Source: an uncultured Bacteriovoracaceae bacterium (GTDB lineage: Bacteria; Bdellovibrionota; UBA2394). From it: 64,000 nt of DNA. Location of the stretch: the NCBI GenBank assembly GCA_964622975.1, contig CAZUTA010000002.1, forward strand, positions 192,207 through 256,206. Reading direction: 5' to 3'. The notes under the pieces are model-generated. The model was not told the DNA's origin, did not search any database, and saw only the letters and a list, made by a program, of their open reading frames with translations. The translations under genes were made by a program, and so were the position numbers. Shown piece after piece: positions 29,323 through 40,787 of the stretch (positions are counted from its first letter, which is position 1; every line of letters begins with the position of its first letter).

Positions 29323-30126
29323 TTGAGTTTGGCAAAAGGGTCTGAAGGAATTTCAAAACAAGATCGAGACTCTGTTCTTGAGATTCGTGGCCTTCGAAAG
29401 TCCTTTCGCGCTCAGCGAGTGTTAAAAGGACTCACTCTCAAAATTCCGAGAGGCCAGATCACTGTCATTATCGGAGGCTCTGGATGCGGCAAGTCCGTCA
29501 TGCTCAAGCATATCATTGGCCTCATGCATCCCGACGAAGGCGGAATTTATTTGGATGGCAAAAATCTCTTCACGCTCAATCCCGAAGAACTCAAGTTGGC
29601 CCGCATGAGATTTGGAATGCTGTTTCAGGATGCGGCTCTTTTTGATTCGATGAATGTGTACGAAAACATTGCCTTTCCTCTGAGAGAACATCGCCCCGAA
29701 ATGAGCGAAGACCGAGTGGCCGAGCTGGTCGCGCAAAAACTTTTACAGGTCGGACTACCCGGCGTGGAGCGAAAGCTGCCCTCTGAACTTTCTGGCGGGA
29801 TGCGTAAACGGGTGGGTCTCGCTCGAGCGATCGTGATGGATCCCGAGATCGTTTTATACGATGAACCCACGACGGGTTTGGATCCGGTGATGTCTAAGGC
29901 CATTGATGATCTCATTGTGTCAACGCAGCAGCACTTAAATGGAACGACGATTATTATCTCCCACGATATCCGGGCGACACTCAGGATTGCCAATAAAGTC
30001 GCAATGCTTCACGATGGCGTTATTGTGTTTGAGGGCACGCCTCACGAGATTATTCGTTCTCAGGACCCCACGGTTCGGGCATTTATTCAGCCCGGGCTTT
30101 CGATCGTGGAGGGGGTTGAGGCGTGA
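29323..30126 (+). CDS. mlaF: MlaF-type ABC transporter ATP-binding protein
   Basis: Walker A GGSGCGKS, signature LSGGMRKRV, Walker B IVLYDEPT. Confidence 0.85.
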   Translation: MSLAKGSEGISKQDRDSVLEIRGLRKSFRAQRVLKGLTLKIPRGQITVIIGGSGCGKSVMLKHIIGLMHPDEGGIYLDGKNLFTLNPEELKLARMRFGMLFQDAALFDSMNVYENIAFPLREHRPEMSEDRVAELVAQKLLQVGLPGVERKLPSELSGGMRKRVGLARAIVMDPEIVLYDEPTTGLDPVMSKAIDDLIVSTQQHLNGTTIIISHDIRATLRIANKVAMLHDGVIVFEGTPHEIIRSQDPTVRAFIQPGLSIVEGVEA

Positions 30127-31583
30127 GCGACAAAAAGTTTCCGATCGAAGCCAAAGTGGGCATTTTTGTGGCCGTTGCTATTGCGGGTCTGATTTTTTTA
30201 ACCACTCAAATCAATCGATCAGGTTTCAGCTTTAAGGGCCGTAAGACGATCACGATGCTCTTTCCAGATGTTTCGGGCCTCCTGCCTCGAACAGGGGTTG
30301 AATACTCGGGGATTCGAGTGGGTCTCGTGGATCGGATCTATTTGGACGGCAACAGAGTCTATGTCGTCACCAAGATCGATCGAGACGTCAAACTCTACCA
30401 AGATTCTCAAATTGTTTTAAAGAGCCGCGGGATTTTGGGCGAAAAGATCATTGCCATTGGAGGCGGCGGCAAGATGCCCGAGATTCCGGATGGCGGATCG
30501 GTAGAAGCTCAATCGTCTGCGGGGGACTTTGACACGGCGATGCAAAATTTCAATGATGTGGCACAGGCTGTAAAAGATCTTCTCAAAGGGGGCGAAGGAA
30601 AGCCCAGCATTCAAGATATTATCGAAAACGTCACACTCGTGAGTGAGGATCTGCGCACTTTGGTCCAGAGCAATCGCAAGGATTTGGATGAGATCGTCAA
30701 AAATGTGCATACGTTCACAAAAATGCTCAATGACGGTGAGCTCAAAGCCACCATTTCAAACCTCAAATCGACGTCCGATATGATTAAGTCTTTTGTCGAG
30801 TCTGCAGATCCTCAGCTGCGGGATGTCGTCAAAGACTTTAATGGGCTCTCCAACAAGATCGACAATACGATTTCTGGCCTCGATCGAATCGTGGCCAAAA
30901 TTGATCGTGGCGAAGGGACGATCGGCAAGCTCATCAATGACGATACGACTGTTGAAAAGGTCAACGACACGCTGGATGGAATCAACGACTTTGTCTCTCG
31001 TGTGCGAAAGCTCGAAGTCGCCGTGGGTTTCAGAGGAGACTATCTCGGAACATCAAGTCAACTGCAGTCGACCGCTTCATTTAGAATCCAACCCAATTTT
31101 GATAAGTACTTTCTGTTCGAGTTTACCAGTGGCCCTCTCGAACTCAATTCGGCAAAGACAACGATTACCGATAGTGGAGAGGGCAATGTCGGTGCTGGGG
31201 ATCCTCCTCTGACAACGAGAAGAATCGAAGAAGAGCGCAAAACACAGTTTAGTTTTACAGCTCTCTTTGCTCGACGGTTTTATGATCTGACGTTGAAGGC
31301 AGGACTCATGCAGTCGACGGGTGGTTTTGGGCTTGAGTATCATTTGTTTCGTGATCACTTGAGTTTGGGTGCAGACTTTTTTGATTTCTCTCGAGAAACC
31401 AACCCACACTTACGGCTTTATTCGGCTCTTACTCTTTGGAAGATCCTCAAAATCCGAGGCGGAGTGGATGATATGATTGTCGAAGGCGGTCGTCGCAATT
31501 ATTTTGCTGGGATCGGCGTCATGCTGACCGATTCGGATCTCAAGAGTCTTATCGGTCTTGCGCCCCTCGTCTCTTCTCGCTGA
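30123..31583 (+). CDS. MCE-domain protein (MlaD-like) with long coiled-coil C-terminal extension
   Basis: N-terminal TM anchor, then an MCE domain (SGLLPRTGVEYSGIRVGLV) and extended helical repeats; 486 aa. Confidence 0.75.
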   Translation: MSDKKFPIEAKVGIFVAVAIAGLIFLTTQINRSGFSFKGRKTITMLFPDVSGLLPRTGVEYSGIRVGLVDRIYLDGNRVYVVTKIDRDVKLYQDSQIVLKSRGILGEKIIAIGGGGKMPEIPDGGSVEAQSSAGDFDTAMQNFNDVAQAVKDLLKGGEGKPSIQDIIENVTLVSEDLRTLVQSNRKDLDEIVKNVHTFTKMLNDGELKATISNLKSTSDMIKSFVESADPQLRDVVKDFNGLSNKIDNTISGLDRIVAKIDRGEGTIGKLINDDTTVEKVNDTLDGINDFVSRVRKLEVAVGFRGDYLGTSSQLQSTASFRIQPNFDKYFLFEFTSGPLELNSAKTTITDSGEGNVGAGDPPLTTRRIEEERKTQFSFTALFARRFYDLTLKAGLMQSTGGFGLEYHLFRDHLSLGADFFDFSRETNPHLRLYSALTLWKILKIRGGVDDMIVEGGRRNYFAGIGVMLTDSDLKSLIGLAPLVSSR

Positions 31584-31586
31584 TGT

Positions 31587-32204
31587 ATGTCTCAACTCCC
31601 TCCAAGTTTTGTATTTGATTTTGGGGGAGTTCTTGTCGATTGGAATCCTCGGCATCTTTATCGAAAAATTTTTAGATCTGAGAATGAAATGGAGAGCTTT
31701 TTGACTCGTGTACGATTCAGCGAGTGGAATTTGCGAGCAGATGCTGGAGAATCGTTTGAGGATCTGTGGGCAGAATATTTGAGCAACCATTCACTTGAGG
31801 ATCGCTCCGCTGCAGAACTCTTTTTGCCTCGATTTTTGGAGAGTATTTCGCAGCCCCTGGAGGGAAATGTCAGAGTTCTTCAATCTCTTAAGGCCGAAGG
31901 TCATCGTCTCTATGGTCTTACCAATTGGTCCGCTCAAACCTTCCCCATAGCGCAAGCGCACTATGGTTTTTTTGGATGCTTTGATCAGATTCTGGTTTCG
32001 GGCGTCGAAAAGCTCATCAAACCCGATGCTCGATTCTACGCTCTGGCAGAGGCGAGATTTGAGCTGGAGCCGTCGCGCACGTTTTTTGTCGATGACCGTC
32101 TCGACAATGTGGAAGCTGCTCGCCAGCGTGGATGGCAGGCGTTTCAGTTAACTGATTCTCACAAGCTTTGGAGCGACATTCAGACTTTTAAGGCGAATCT
32201 TTAG
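31587..32204 (+). CDS. HAD-superfamily hydrolase (haloacid dehalogenase-like)
   Basis: Motif I FDFGGVLVDWN (DxG) and C-terminal FVDDRLDNVEAA motif; 4 nt after mlaD. Confidence 0.7.
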   Translation: MSQLPPSFVFDFGGVLVDWNPRHLYRKIFRSENEMESFLTRVRFSEWNLRADAGESFEDLWAEYLSNHSLEDRSAAELFLPRFLESISQPLEGNVRVLQSLKAEGHRLYGLTNWSAQTFPIAQAHYGFFGCFDQILVSGVEKLIKPDARFYALAEARFELEPSRTFFVDDRLDNVEAARQRGWQAFQLTDSHKLWSDIQTFKANL

Positions 32205-32269
32205 AACTAGCCCCCCCTTAACCATTTACTCTTGCCCCTTGCAGCCTTCAGTCGATATCTTGAAGCACT

Positions 32270-32812
32270 ATGAAAAATGCATGGGCATTGTGCTCGCTCA
32301 TTATCCTGGCTGGGGCTTGTGTTCCCAAACAACAATTTGATGATCAGCAGACTCGCCTCAAAGAGACTCAAGATAAGCTCAAAGAAGTTGAGGCTAATGC
32401 GTCAGAATGTGACCCAAATGCCTTTTTGCAGCTCAAGGAGCAGTCTCAATCTTTGGATCTCTTGACTCAAGAACTCGTCGATCGAAATACCGAGCTTTCC
32501 AAAGAAGTCGCTCGCCTTCGCGTGGTCGAAACTGAGTTTAAAGCCAAGGACAAAGACTATGCAGACAAGACTATGGCTCTCGAAAAGGACTTTGCAGACA
32601 AAGAAGCTCGACTGCGACGTACGTACGAAGACTTGATTAAGGAGTTGCGGGGCCAGATTCGTAAACTCGAGGATGCGGCAGCAAAGTCCAAAGAGGCTCC
32701 CAAAAAGGAAAGCCCCAAGACATCGAAGTCAACGACCAAAGCACCTTCGTCTGTTCGAACCGCGGAAGGTAAGCCTTCAGGCGCTAAGCCTCAGGCTCCC
32801 AAAGGCCAATAA
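32270..32812 (+). CDS. coiled-coil lipoprotein with Lys/Pro-rich C-terminus
   Basis: Lipobox LAGAC; heptad-rich helical body; low-complexity basic tail. Confidence 0.45.
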   Translation: MKNAWALCSLIILAGACVPKQQFDDQQTRLKETQDKLKEVEANASECDPNAFLQLKEQSQSLDLLTQELVDRNTELSKEVARLRVVETEFKAKDKDYADKTMALEKDFADKEARLRRTYEDLIKELRGQIRKLEDAAAKSKEAPKKESPKTSKSTTKAPSSVRTAEGKPSGAKPQAPKGQ

Positions 32813-33013
32813 AAGGGTTTTTTGGAGCCAAAAGCAGCTGGGGGCGATCGCTTCGGCGTTCCAATTTTGCCTCTAGAATCCTCAGCATTTTTTTGGCGAA
32901 GGCAGCTCCCCATCGGGTCCGGATTATTTTTTGAGGTTTTCGACCTTTGACAGCGCGGGAGGGGCTCTGTAGCTGTTTTAAGTTAACAGTAGACGAAAGG
33001 AGTCCTGGTAAAA

Positions 33014-33858
33014 ATGGGTCCTGCAACCGCTTTAAGTGATGAAAAAGTAGGCGTTTCAGTTCGAGAATTGATTGAAGCCGGTGTTCATTTTGGCCATCAA
33101 ACAGCCAAATGGAATCCCCGAATGAAACCCTTTATCCACGATGCTCGCAATGGAGTTTACATTATCAATCTCCAGAAAACGGCGACCAAATTTCGTGAGG
33201 CCTTGGATGCGATTCGACGAATTGCTTCGACTGGTCAAAAAATTCTCTTCGTAGGAACGAAGCGACAAGCTCAAGATATTATTCGAGACGAGTCGACTCG
33301 AGCTCAGCAGTACTACTGCACCGAGCGATGGATCGGTGGAACCTTGACGAATTTTCATACCGTCAAACGCTCCATCAATACGATGAAGACCTTGCAAAAG
33401 ATGGCCGAAGAAAAAAGCTACGGCATTCGTAAGAAAAAAGAAATTTTGAGCCTCGAGAAGAAGCGAGGAAAGCTCGAAGCTCAGTTGAGTGGAATTCGCG
33501 ACATGGTCGAAGTTCCTGGAGCTCTTTTTGTGATCGATCCCAATCGAGAATACATCGCTGTCAATGAAGCTCGCGCGATGAACATTCCAATCTTTGCGAT
33601 TGTCGATACGAACTGCGACCCTCAAGGAATCGATTATGTTGTTCCTGGAAACGATGATTCCATTCGCTCGATCAAACTCTTCACCTCAAAGGTGGCAGAC
33701 GCGATTGTGGAAGGTCTCAAAGTTCGTGAAGACCACATCCGACGCAGTGGCGCGGGTGATGATAAGGGCGGCGACAAGCAGGGGAACAAAAAGTCAGGAG
33801 GCCGACGTCCTCAAGTTTCTGTAGAGACGACACCTGCGAAAGAAGGAGATAAGGCATA

Positions 33859-33859
<1 letters not shown>
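33014..33859 (+). CDS. rpsB: 30S ribosomal protein S2 (with basic low-complexity C-terminal extension)
   Basis: LIEAGVHFGHQT...WNPRM signature; classic rpsB-tsf-pyrH-frr order. Confidence 0.95.
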
Positions 33860-35248
<1,389 letters not shown>

Positions 35249-35812
35249 GTGATGTCAGTCGAAGAAGTCATCAAAGTTTTTAAAGATGCGAATCAAAAGT
35301 GCGTCGACAATCTAAAAAAAGAATTAGCTCGTGTGCGCGCGGGTAAGGCAACGCCAGCGCTGCTCGAAGGAATTCGGGTGAGTTATTACGGCCAGACTTC
35401 TCCTCTCAATCAAGTGGGCAATGTTTCTACGCCTGATGCACGAACCATCGTCATTGCGCCTTGGGATACTTCTATTTTGGGCGATATCGAGAAAGCGATT
35501 AATCAAAGTGATTTGGGATTGAATCCCCAAAATGACGGCAAGATTATTAGACTCGTTGTTCCTGCGTTGACCGAGGAACGCCGAAAGGATCTTGTAAAAT
35601 CTGTAAATAAAATGACCGAAGAGTCCAAAGTCGCGATTCGCCAAAACCGACAAAAAGCCAATGAAGGCATCAAGGCTCTCGAAAAGGCCAAGACTTTGTC
35701 TGAGGATGATTCTCGTCGGCATCAAGAACAGGTGCAAAAGCATACAGATGAGGCCACTAAATCGGTCGATGAAATTGCCACGAAGAAGTCTCAAGAAATC
35801 ATGACGATTTAA
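35249..35812 (+). CDS. frr: ribosome recycling factor
   Basis: 187 aa; RVSYYGQ...PLNQ and LTEERRKDLVK motifs. Confidence 0.95.
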   Translation: MMSVEEVIKVFKDANQKCVDNLKKELARVRAGKATPALLEGIRVSYYGQTSPLNQVGNVSTPDARTIVIAPWDTSILGDIEKAINQSDLGLNPQNDGKIIRLVVPALTEERRKDLVKSVNKMTEESKVAIRQNRQKANEGIKALEKAKTLSEDDSRRHQEQVQKHTDEATKSVDEIATKKSQEIMTI

Positions 35813-35836
35813 GTTTGGCGCTGACTGCGGAGGAAT

Positions 35837-36583
35837 TTGACTCAAATGAACCAGCGCCTCCCACGACATATTGGAATTATTATGGATGGCAACGGGCGAT
35901 GGGCGCAAAGTCGCCGCCTGCCTCGCATCGAAGGCCATCGGGTGGGTTCAAAGAATGTCCGCAAAATTGGAACTCATGCCTCCAACCTTGGGGTTGAGAT
36001 TCTGACTCTTTACGCATTTTCAAAAGAAAATTGGGCCAGACCTCGAGCTGAAGTTGAGCTTTTGATGGCCCTGCTCAGAATCTACGCGATTCGTGAACGT
36101 GCGGTTTTGATGAAGAACAATATTCGAATGCGAGTGATTGGAGATCTTTCGGGATTTCCGGTGGCAGCGCAGAAAGAGCTTCTGGCCACGATCGAACTCA
36201 CCAAAAAAAATAGCGGGATGATTTTGCAGCTCGCCTTGGGATATGGCGGACGAGCCGATTTGGTTCAGGCGATGAGGCAGATCGCAAAAGAGGTACAATC
36301 AGGAGATTTGAAATCAGAGGAGATCAGCGAAGACTTGGTCTCCAAGTATTTATGGACCTCTGGTCAGCCAGATCCGGATTTGATTATTCGTACAAGTGGC
36401 GAGTTTAGGACTTCGAATTTTTTGACGTGGCAATCTGCGTATTCAGAACTTTATTTTACAGAAAAAGCCTGGCCGGAGTTTACGACTGAAGATTTAGATC
36501 TCGCGCTCCAGGCTTATCAGGAGCGAGAGCGGCGCTTTGGAGCACTTCAGGCGCCAGTCGAAGCGAAGGGGAGAGCCGTATGA
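35837..36583 (+). CDS. uppS: di-trans,poly-cis-undecaprenyl-diphosphate synthase
   Basis: HIGIIMDGNGRWA and F(S)xENW motifs. Confidence 0.9.
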   Translation: MTQMNQRLPRHIGIIMDGNGRWAQSRRLPRIEGHRVGSKNVRKIGTHASNLGVEILTLYAFSKENWARPRAEVELLMALLRIYAIRERAVLMKNNIRMRVIGDLSGFPVAAQKELLATIELTKKNSGMILQLALGYGGRADLVQAMRQIAKEVQSGDLKSEEISEDLVSKYLWTSGQPDPDLIIRTSGEFRTSNFLTWQSAYSELYFTEKAWPEFTTEDLDLALQAYQERERRFGALQAPVEAKGRAV

Positions 36584-37410
36584 GTCCAATGCAGGCGCGT
36601 ATTTTGGTTGCCGCCATTTATTTTCCGCTGTTGTTGCTGAGCGTGTTTGACGCCAGACTCTTTACACTCGTCGTCACCGTCTTGTTGGCGGGGGCTTGGT
36701 ATGAGTTTTTGCAGTTTCGAGGAGATCCCAAGGACTTGAAAGAAGCTTGGGAGCGAGGTCTTGTGATCTTGCTCGGGAGCTCTCCGCCGCTTCTCTATTT
36801 TTTGGGCTATCCCGTCACTTGGTCCGCCGCCACGATGGCCGCGGTCCTGCAGGGCTATGTTATTTTGAGTATGGTGAGACGAAAGAATTTTGAGTATCTC
36901 ACCAAAAAATTGGGATTTTATTTTTTTGGATTCATTTATCTCACTGGCCTGTTTGTGATGTTTTGGAGCTTGCGCTCGACTCCAGGAGGACGTGAAGCGA
37001 TTTGGTTTTTGATGTTTGTGGTGGGTGCTTCGGACTCAGTCGCTTACTTTTTTGGCAAGTTTTGGGGGCGGACGGCGTTTTTTCAGAACTTGAGTCCCAA
37101 GAAAACTTTCGAAGGCTTTTGGGGAGGACTCTTAGGGGCCATGGCGATGGGTGCTGTGTTTCATTTGGTTTTCCACAATCTCGACTATCAGACCCCCGGA
37201 TTGATCAAATCTATGGCTTTGGCTCTTGTGGTTGGAATCATTGGGACTTTTGGAGACCTGTTTGAGTCAATGCTCAAGCGCAATTTTGGGGTGAAGGATT
37301 CAGGCACTTGGTTTGGAGCCCATGGTGGAGTTTTGGATCGATTTGATGCACTTTTGTTTGCGAGCGTGCCCGTCTTCTTTTACATAGTGGTTCGCGGAGG
37401 TTTTATTTAG
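36580..37410 (+). CDS. cdsA: phosphatidate cytidylyltransferase
   Basis: Polytopic membrane protein with a C-terminal CTP-transferase signature (GGVLDRFD); conserved position after uppS. Confidence 0.8.
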   Translation: MSPMQARILVAAIYFPLLLLSVFDARLFTLVVTVLLAGAWYEFLQFRGDPKDLKEAWERGLVILLGSSPPLLYFLGYPVTWSAATMAAVLQGYVILSMVRRKNFEYLTKKLGFYFFGFIYLTGLFVMFWSLRSTPGGREAIWFLMFVVGASDSVAYFFGKFWGRTAFFQNLSPKKTFEGFWGGLLGAMAMGAVFHLVFHNLDYQTPGLIKSMALALVVGIIGTFGDLFESMLKRNFGVKDSGTWFGAHGGVLDRFDALLFASVPVFFYIVVRGGFI

Positions 37411-38645
37411 TGGCTGTTCATCCACACAAAAAGCGAATCTCGATTTTAGGTTCTACCGGAAGCGTAGGAACCAACACTCTCAATTTGATTCGGGACAATC
37501 GAGATCTCTTTGATGTGGTGGGACTCTCTGCAGGATCCTCAATCGAAGTTTTAAAACAGCAGGTCGAAGAATTTTCACCGCGTTTTGTGAGTGTCGCGAA
37601 CGAGGGTTTGGCCTCGGCGCTCCGACTTTTGTTGCCCAAGTCCTCAGGTCCCGTTGTTTTTGCGGGGACGGAAGGCCACCGCCAGATTGTCGAATTGGCC
37701 CGTCCTGATGTGGTGATCTCGGCGATGATGGGGACGCATGGATTGGAAGCCACTTTGCAGGCAGTGCTCCAGTCGGTTCCAGTCGTGGGTATCGCCAATA
37801 AAGAAATTTTAGTCATGGCCGGGAGCTTCATTATGGAAGCGGTCGAGCAGTCTCGTTCGTCGCTCGTTCCCGTCGACTCAGAGCACTCGGCAATTTTTCA
37901 GGCCCTGATGGGAAACAAACTCTCGTCAGTCAAAAATATCATTTTGACTGGGAGTGGTGGGCCTTTTCGAACACGGGAGCTATCGAGTTTTTCGAAGATT
38001 ACAAAATCAGAAGCTCTCAAGCATCCCAACTGGGTGATGGGCTCTAAGATTACAATTGATTCGGCCACGATGATGAACAAAGGCCTCGAGTACATTGAGG
38101 CATTACGATTGTTTCGTATTCATCGCGATCAATTAAAAGTCGTTATTCATCCTGAGAGCATTGTCCACTCCCTTGTGGAATACGTCGACGGATCTTTTAT
38201 GGCTCAGCTGGGAAATTCGGATATGAGAATTCCTATTTCTTTGGCTCTTAATTATCCCGATCGATTGGCTGTTCATTTTGAGACCCCGTTTGATTTAGTT
38301 AAAATTGGTCGATTGAATTTTGAAAGCCCTGATCTCGACAAATTTAAATGCCTCAAACTCGCGATGAATTTTGATCGCTACGGAAGCCAAGGCGCACTTG
38401 TATTGAATGCGGCCAATGAGGTGGCGGTGGATTTGTTTTTGAAAGACCAGATTTCTTTTGTGGAGATTCCTGAGATCGTCGAATCTTCTTTAGAGCAGTT
38501 CAAAACTCAGTCTGCCTATTCACTGAGCGAGGTGATTGAGCTCGATCGCACGGTAAAACGATGGGTGGAGGGGTCATGGGGTGGCGCCAAAGCCCCGGTT
38601 CTATTGGGCTCTCAGCCAGTCAATTCCATCGTCGACGCTCGCTAA
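37410..38645 (+). CDS. dxr: 1-deoxy-D-xylulose-5-phosphate reductoisomerase
   Basis: ILGSTGSVGT NADPH motif; 411 aa; conserved position. Confidence 0.95.
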   Translation: MAVHPHKKRISILGSTGSVGTNTLNLIRDNRDLFDVVGLSAGSSIEVLKQQVEEFSPRFVSVANEGLASALRLLLPKSSGPVVFAGTEGHRQIVELARPDVVISAMMGTHGLEATLQAVLQSVPVVGIANKEILVMAGSFIMEAVEQSRSSLVPVDSEHSAIFQALMGNKLSSVKNIILTGSGGPFRTRELSSFSKITKSEALKHPNWVMGSKITIDSATMMNKGLEYIEALRLFRIHRDQLKVVIHPESIVHSLVEYVDGSFMAQLGNSDMRIPISLALNYPDRLAVHFETPFDLVKIGRLNFESPDLDKFKCLKLAMNFDRYGSQGALVLNAANEVAVDLFLKDQISFVEIPEIVESSLEQFKTQSAYSLSEVIELDRTVKRWVEGSWGGAKAPVLLGSQPVNSIVDAR

Positions 38646-38655
38646 AAAACCTGCG

Positions 38656-40353
38656 ATGATTTTGATTATGAATTGGTTTTTGGATGTAGGCTTTTTTGCA
38701 CTTTTATTCTTTGTACTCGTTTTCATTCATGAACTGGGTCACTACCTGATGGCCAAATGGGTTGGCATTCGGGTGGAGAGGTTTTCGATTGGAATGGGGC
38801 CGAGTTTGGCATCATTTCGTTACGGCGAAACCGAATACCGAATCGGGCTTTTGCCGCTCGGTGGCTACGTCAAAATGTCGGGTGATGATCCCTCCAAAGA
38901 ATATTCGGAAGAAGAAAAGAAGCGTGGCTTTTTGACTCAAAAACCACCTGCAAAGCTATTGGTGGTTTTTGGTGGGCCTGTATTTAATCTCCTCCTGCCG
39001 ATTTTTATTTTTGGATCGATGCTGGCAGTCGGAGTCCCTCATGTGGCTCCGACGATTGGAACTTTGCAAGAAGCGATGCCTGCAAGTCGTGCCGGCTTTG
39101 TTACGGGTGACAAGGTCTTGGAGGTCAACGGCCGTCCCATTGTCAAATGGAGCGAAGTCGAAAAGACCGTTCAGGAGTCAGCTAATCAAGAACTCGTTTT
39201 TAAGATCGAACGCCTCAATCCCAAAGCCCTTCAGTTTGAAGCTCTGGATGTCAAAGTCACGCCCGAACTTTCGGATGGCAAAAATCGATTTGGACAAGAT
39301 GTCAAAATTGGAAGAGTCGGCGTTGGACCCGAATATATTATTCCGCAAATTTACTTTGAAGGAACTGAGTCGATTGTGGCTCAGGCCGGGCTCCAAAAAT
39401 TTGATCGAGTGCTTCAGATCAATGATGTGCCTTTAAGAACTCACAATCAGTTTGTGGATGCTCTCGAATCTCAAACGGGCGATGTGCGTCTCTTGGTGTC
39501 GAGAGGTGGCGAGCAAAAACAGATTACTTTGACTATTCCAGCGGGCAAAAAGTCGGTTTCTGAGCGCATTGGACTCGTGAGCCCCTTGCTGGTTTTGGGA
39601 CATGTAGAAAAAGATAATCCCGCAGCACGTGCGGGAATTCAGGTGGATGACCGAATTGTTTCACTCAATGGAAAGAAACTCACACGCTGGGACGAAGTCT
39701 CTCAGCTCATTAAGAGCTCAGAGGGGAAAGCCATTGATGTGGAGTGGAGTCGAGACGGTAAAATGCTCAAGGCATCCATTGTGCCAGAGCGAACCACGGT
39801 CGATGACCCCGTGATGGGCAAGGACAATCCATTGGCGAGAGATGCGGCTTTTAGAATTGGCGTGTCTCCCAAAGCACTGATCGACACAGAGTTTTATATC
39901 GAACGATCATCAAACCCATTGGCGTGGATCAAACGCGGGGTCACGCAGACCTGGGACACAACCACGATGACGATGGAAGCGATGTTTAAACTGATGACGG
40001 GAGAACTCTCCATCAAGCTTCTCGGAAGTCCGATCATGATTTACAAAGTGGCGGGCAATTCTTACCGAATGGCGGGAGGGGGCACACATGGTTGGATCTC
40101 TTTCTTTTCAACGCTGGCACTTTTGTCGATCTCTTTAGGAATTGTGAATTTGTTTCCCATTCCCGTCTTGGACGGAGGTCATGCGACATTCTTTTTGATT
40201 GAGTGGATTCGAGGAAGGCCCGTGAGTTTAAAAGTCATGGAAGTAGCGATGCAGGTAGGTGTTTTTGTTTTGCTCCTCCTGTTTGCTCTCGTCATTTTTA
40301 ATGATTTTCAGCGATACGGTTGGATTGATTCGATCGTGAAACTCTTTTCATGA
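38656..40353 (+). CDS. rseP: RIP site-2 metalloprotease RseP
   Basis: HELGHYLMAKW zinc motif, PDZ domains and an LDGG motif near the C-terminus; the track ORF starts at 38581 inside dxr, so a downstream ATG is preferred. Confidence 0.85.
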   Translation: MILIMNWFLDVGFFALLFFVLVFIHELGHYLMAKWVGIRVERFSIGMGPSLASFRYGETEYRIGLLPLGGYVKMSGDDPSKEYSEEEKKRGFLTQKPPAKLLVVFGGPVFNLLLPIFIFGSMLAVGVPHVAPTIGTLQEAMPASRAGFVTGDKVLEVNGRPIVKWSEVEKTVQESANQELVFKIERLNPKALQFEALDVKVTPELSDGKNRFGQDVKIGRVGVGPEYIIPQIYFEGTESIVAQAGLQKFDRVLQINDVPLRTHNQFVDALESQTGDVRLLVSRGGEQKQITLTIPAGKKSVSERIGLVSPLLVLGHVEKDNPAARAGIQVDDRIVSLNGKKLTRWDEVSQLIKSSEGKAIDVEWSRDGKMLKASIVPERTTVDDPVMGKDNPLARDAAFRIGVSPKALIDTEFYIERSSNPLAWIKRGVTQTWDTTTMTMEAMFKLMTGELSIKLLGSPIMIYKVAGNSYRMAGGGTHGWISFFSTLALLSISLGIVNLFPIPVLDGGHATFFLIEWIRGRPVSLKVMEVAMQVGVFVLLLLFALVIFNDFQRYGWIDSIVKLFS

Positions 40354-40775
40354 AGCGACTCGTTTTTGATACGTCGACAGAATGGGTCGTCTGCGGAATT
40401 TTGGGTGAAGGCGGTTGGATCGCTACGATAGAAAAGGCCGAGGCCCAGTCGCAATCCAAACAGCTCTTTGAAGTTCTTCAGGAAATTTTGGATTATCATC
40501 AGATTCCCAAAAAGGAGATTACTGAGATCGCCGTCGGGATCGGACCTGGATCCTATACAGGCCTCAGAATTGGTGTGACGGTCGCTAAGATTTGGGCCTT
40601 TTCCGCGCAGATTCCATTGTTTAAGTTTTCTTCAGGGGATCTGCTCAAAAAGACAAAAGAATCCCAGCCCGAAGCCGATCATCCTGATTTGAAGCTCTTG
40701 AGTGCGCAGGATTTTGAGAAACTTTCTGATATAAATGAGATTGTTCCTGTTTATTCTAACGATCATTTTTCCTAA
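40350..40775 (+). CDS. tsaB: tRNA t6A biosynthesis protein TsaB (YeaZ), short form
   Basis: N-terminal LVFDTST...GIGPGSYTGLRIGV signature; only 141 aa, versus about 230 in E. coli. Confidence 0.65.
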   Translation: MKRLVFDTSTEWVVCGILGEGGWIATIEKAEAQSQSKQLFEVLQEILDYHQIPKKEITEIAVGIGPGSYTGLRIGVTVAKIWAFSAQIPLFKFSSGDLLKKTKESQPEADHPDLKLLSAQDFEKLSDINEIVPVYSNDHFS

Positions 40776-40787
40776 GATCTGAGCCGA

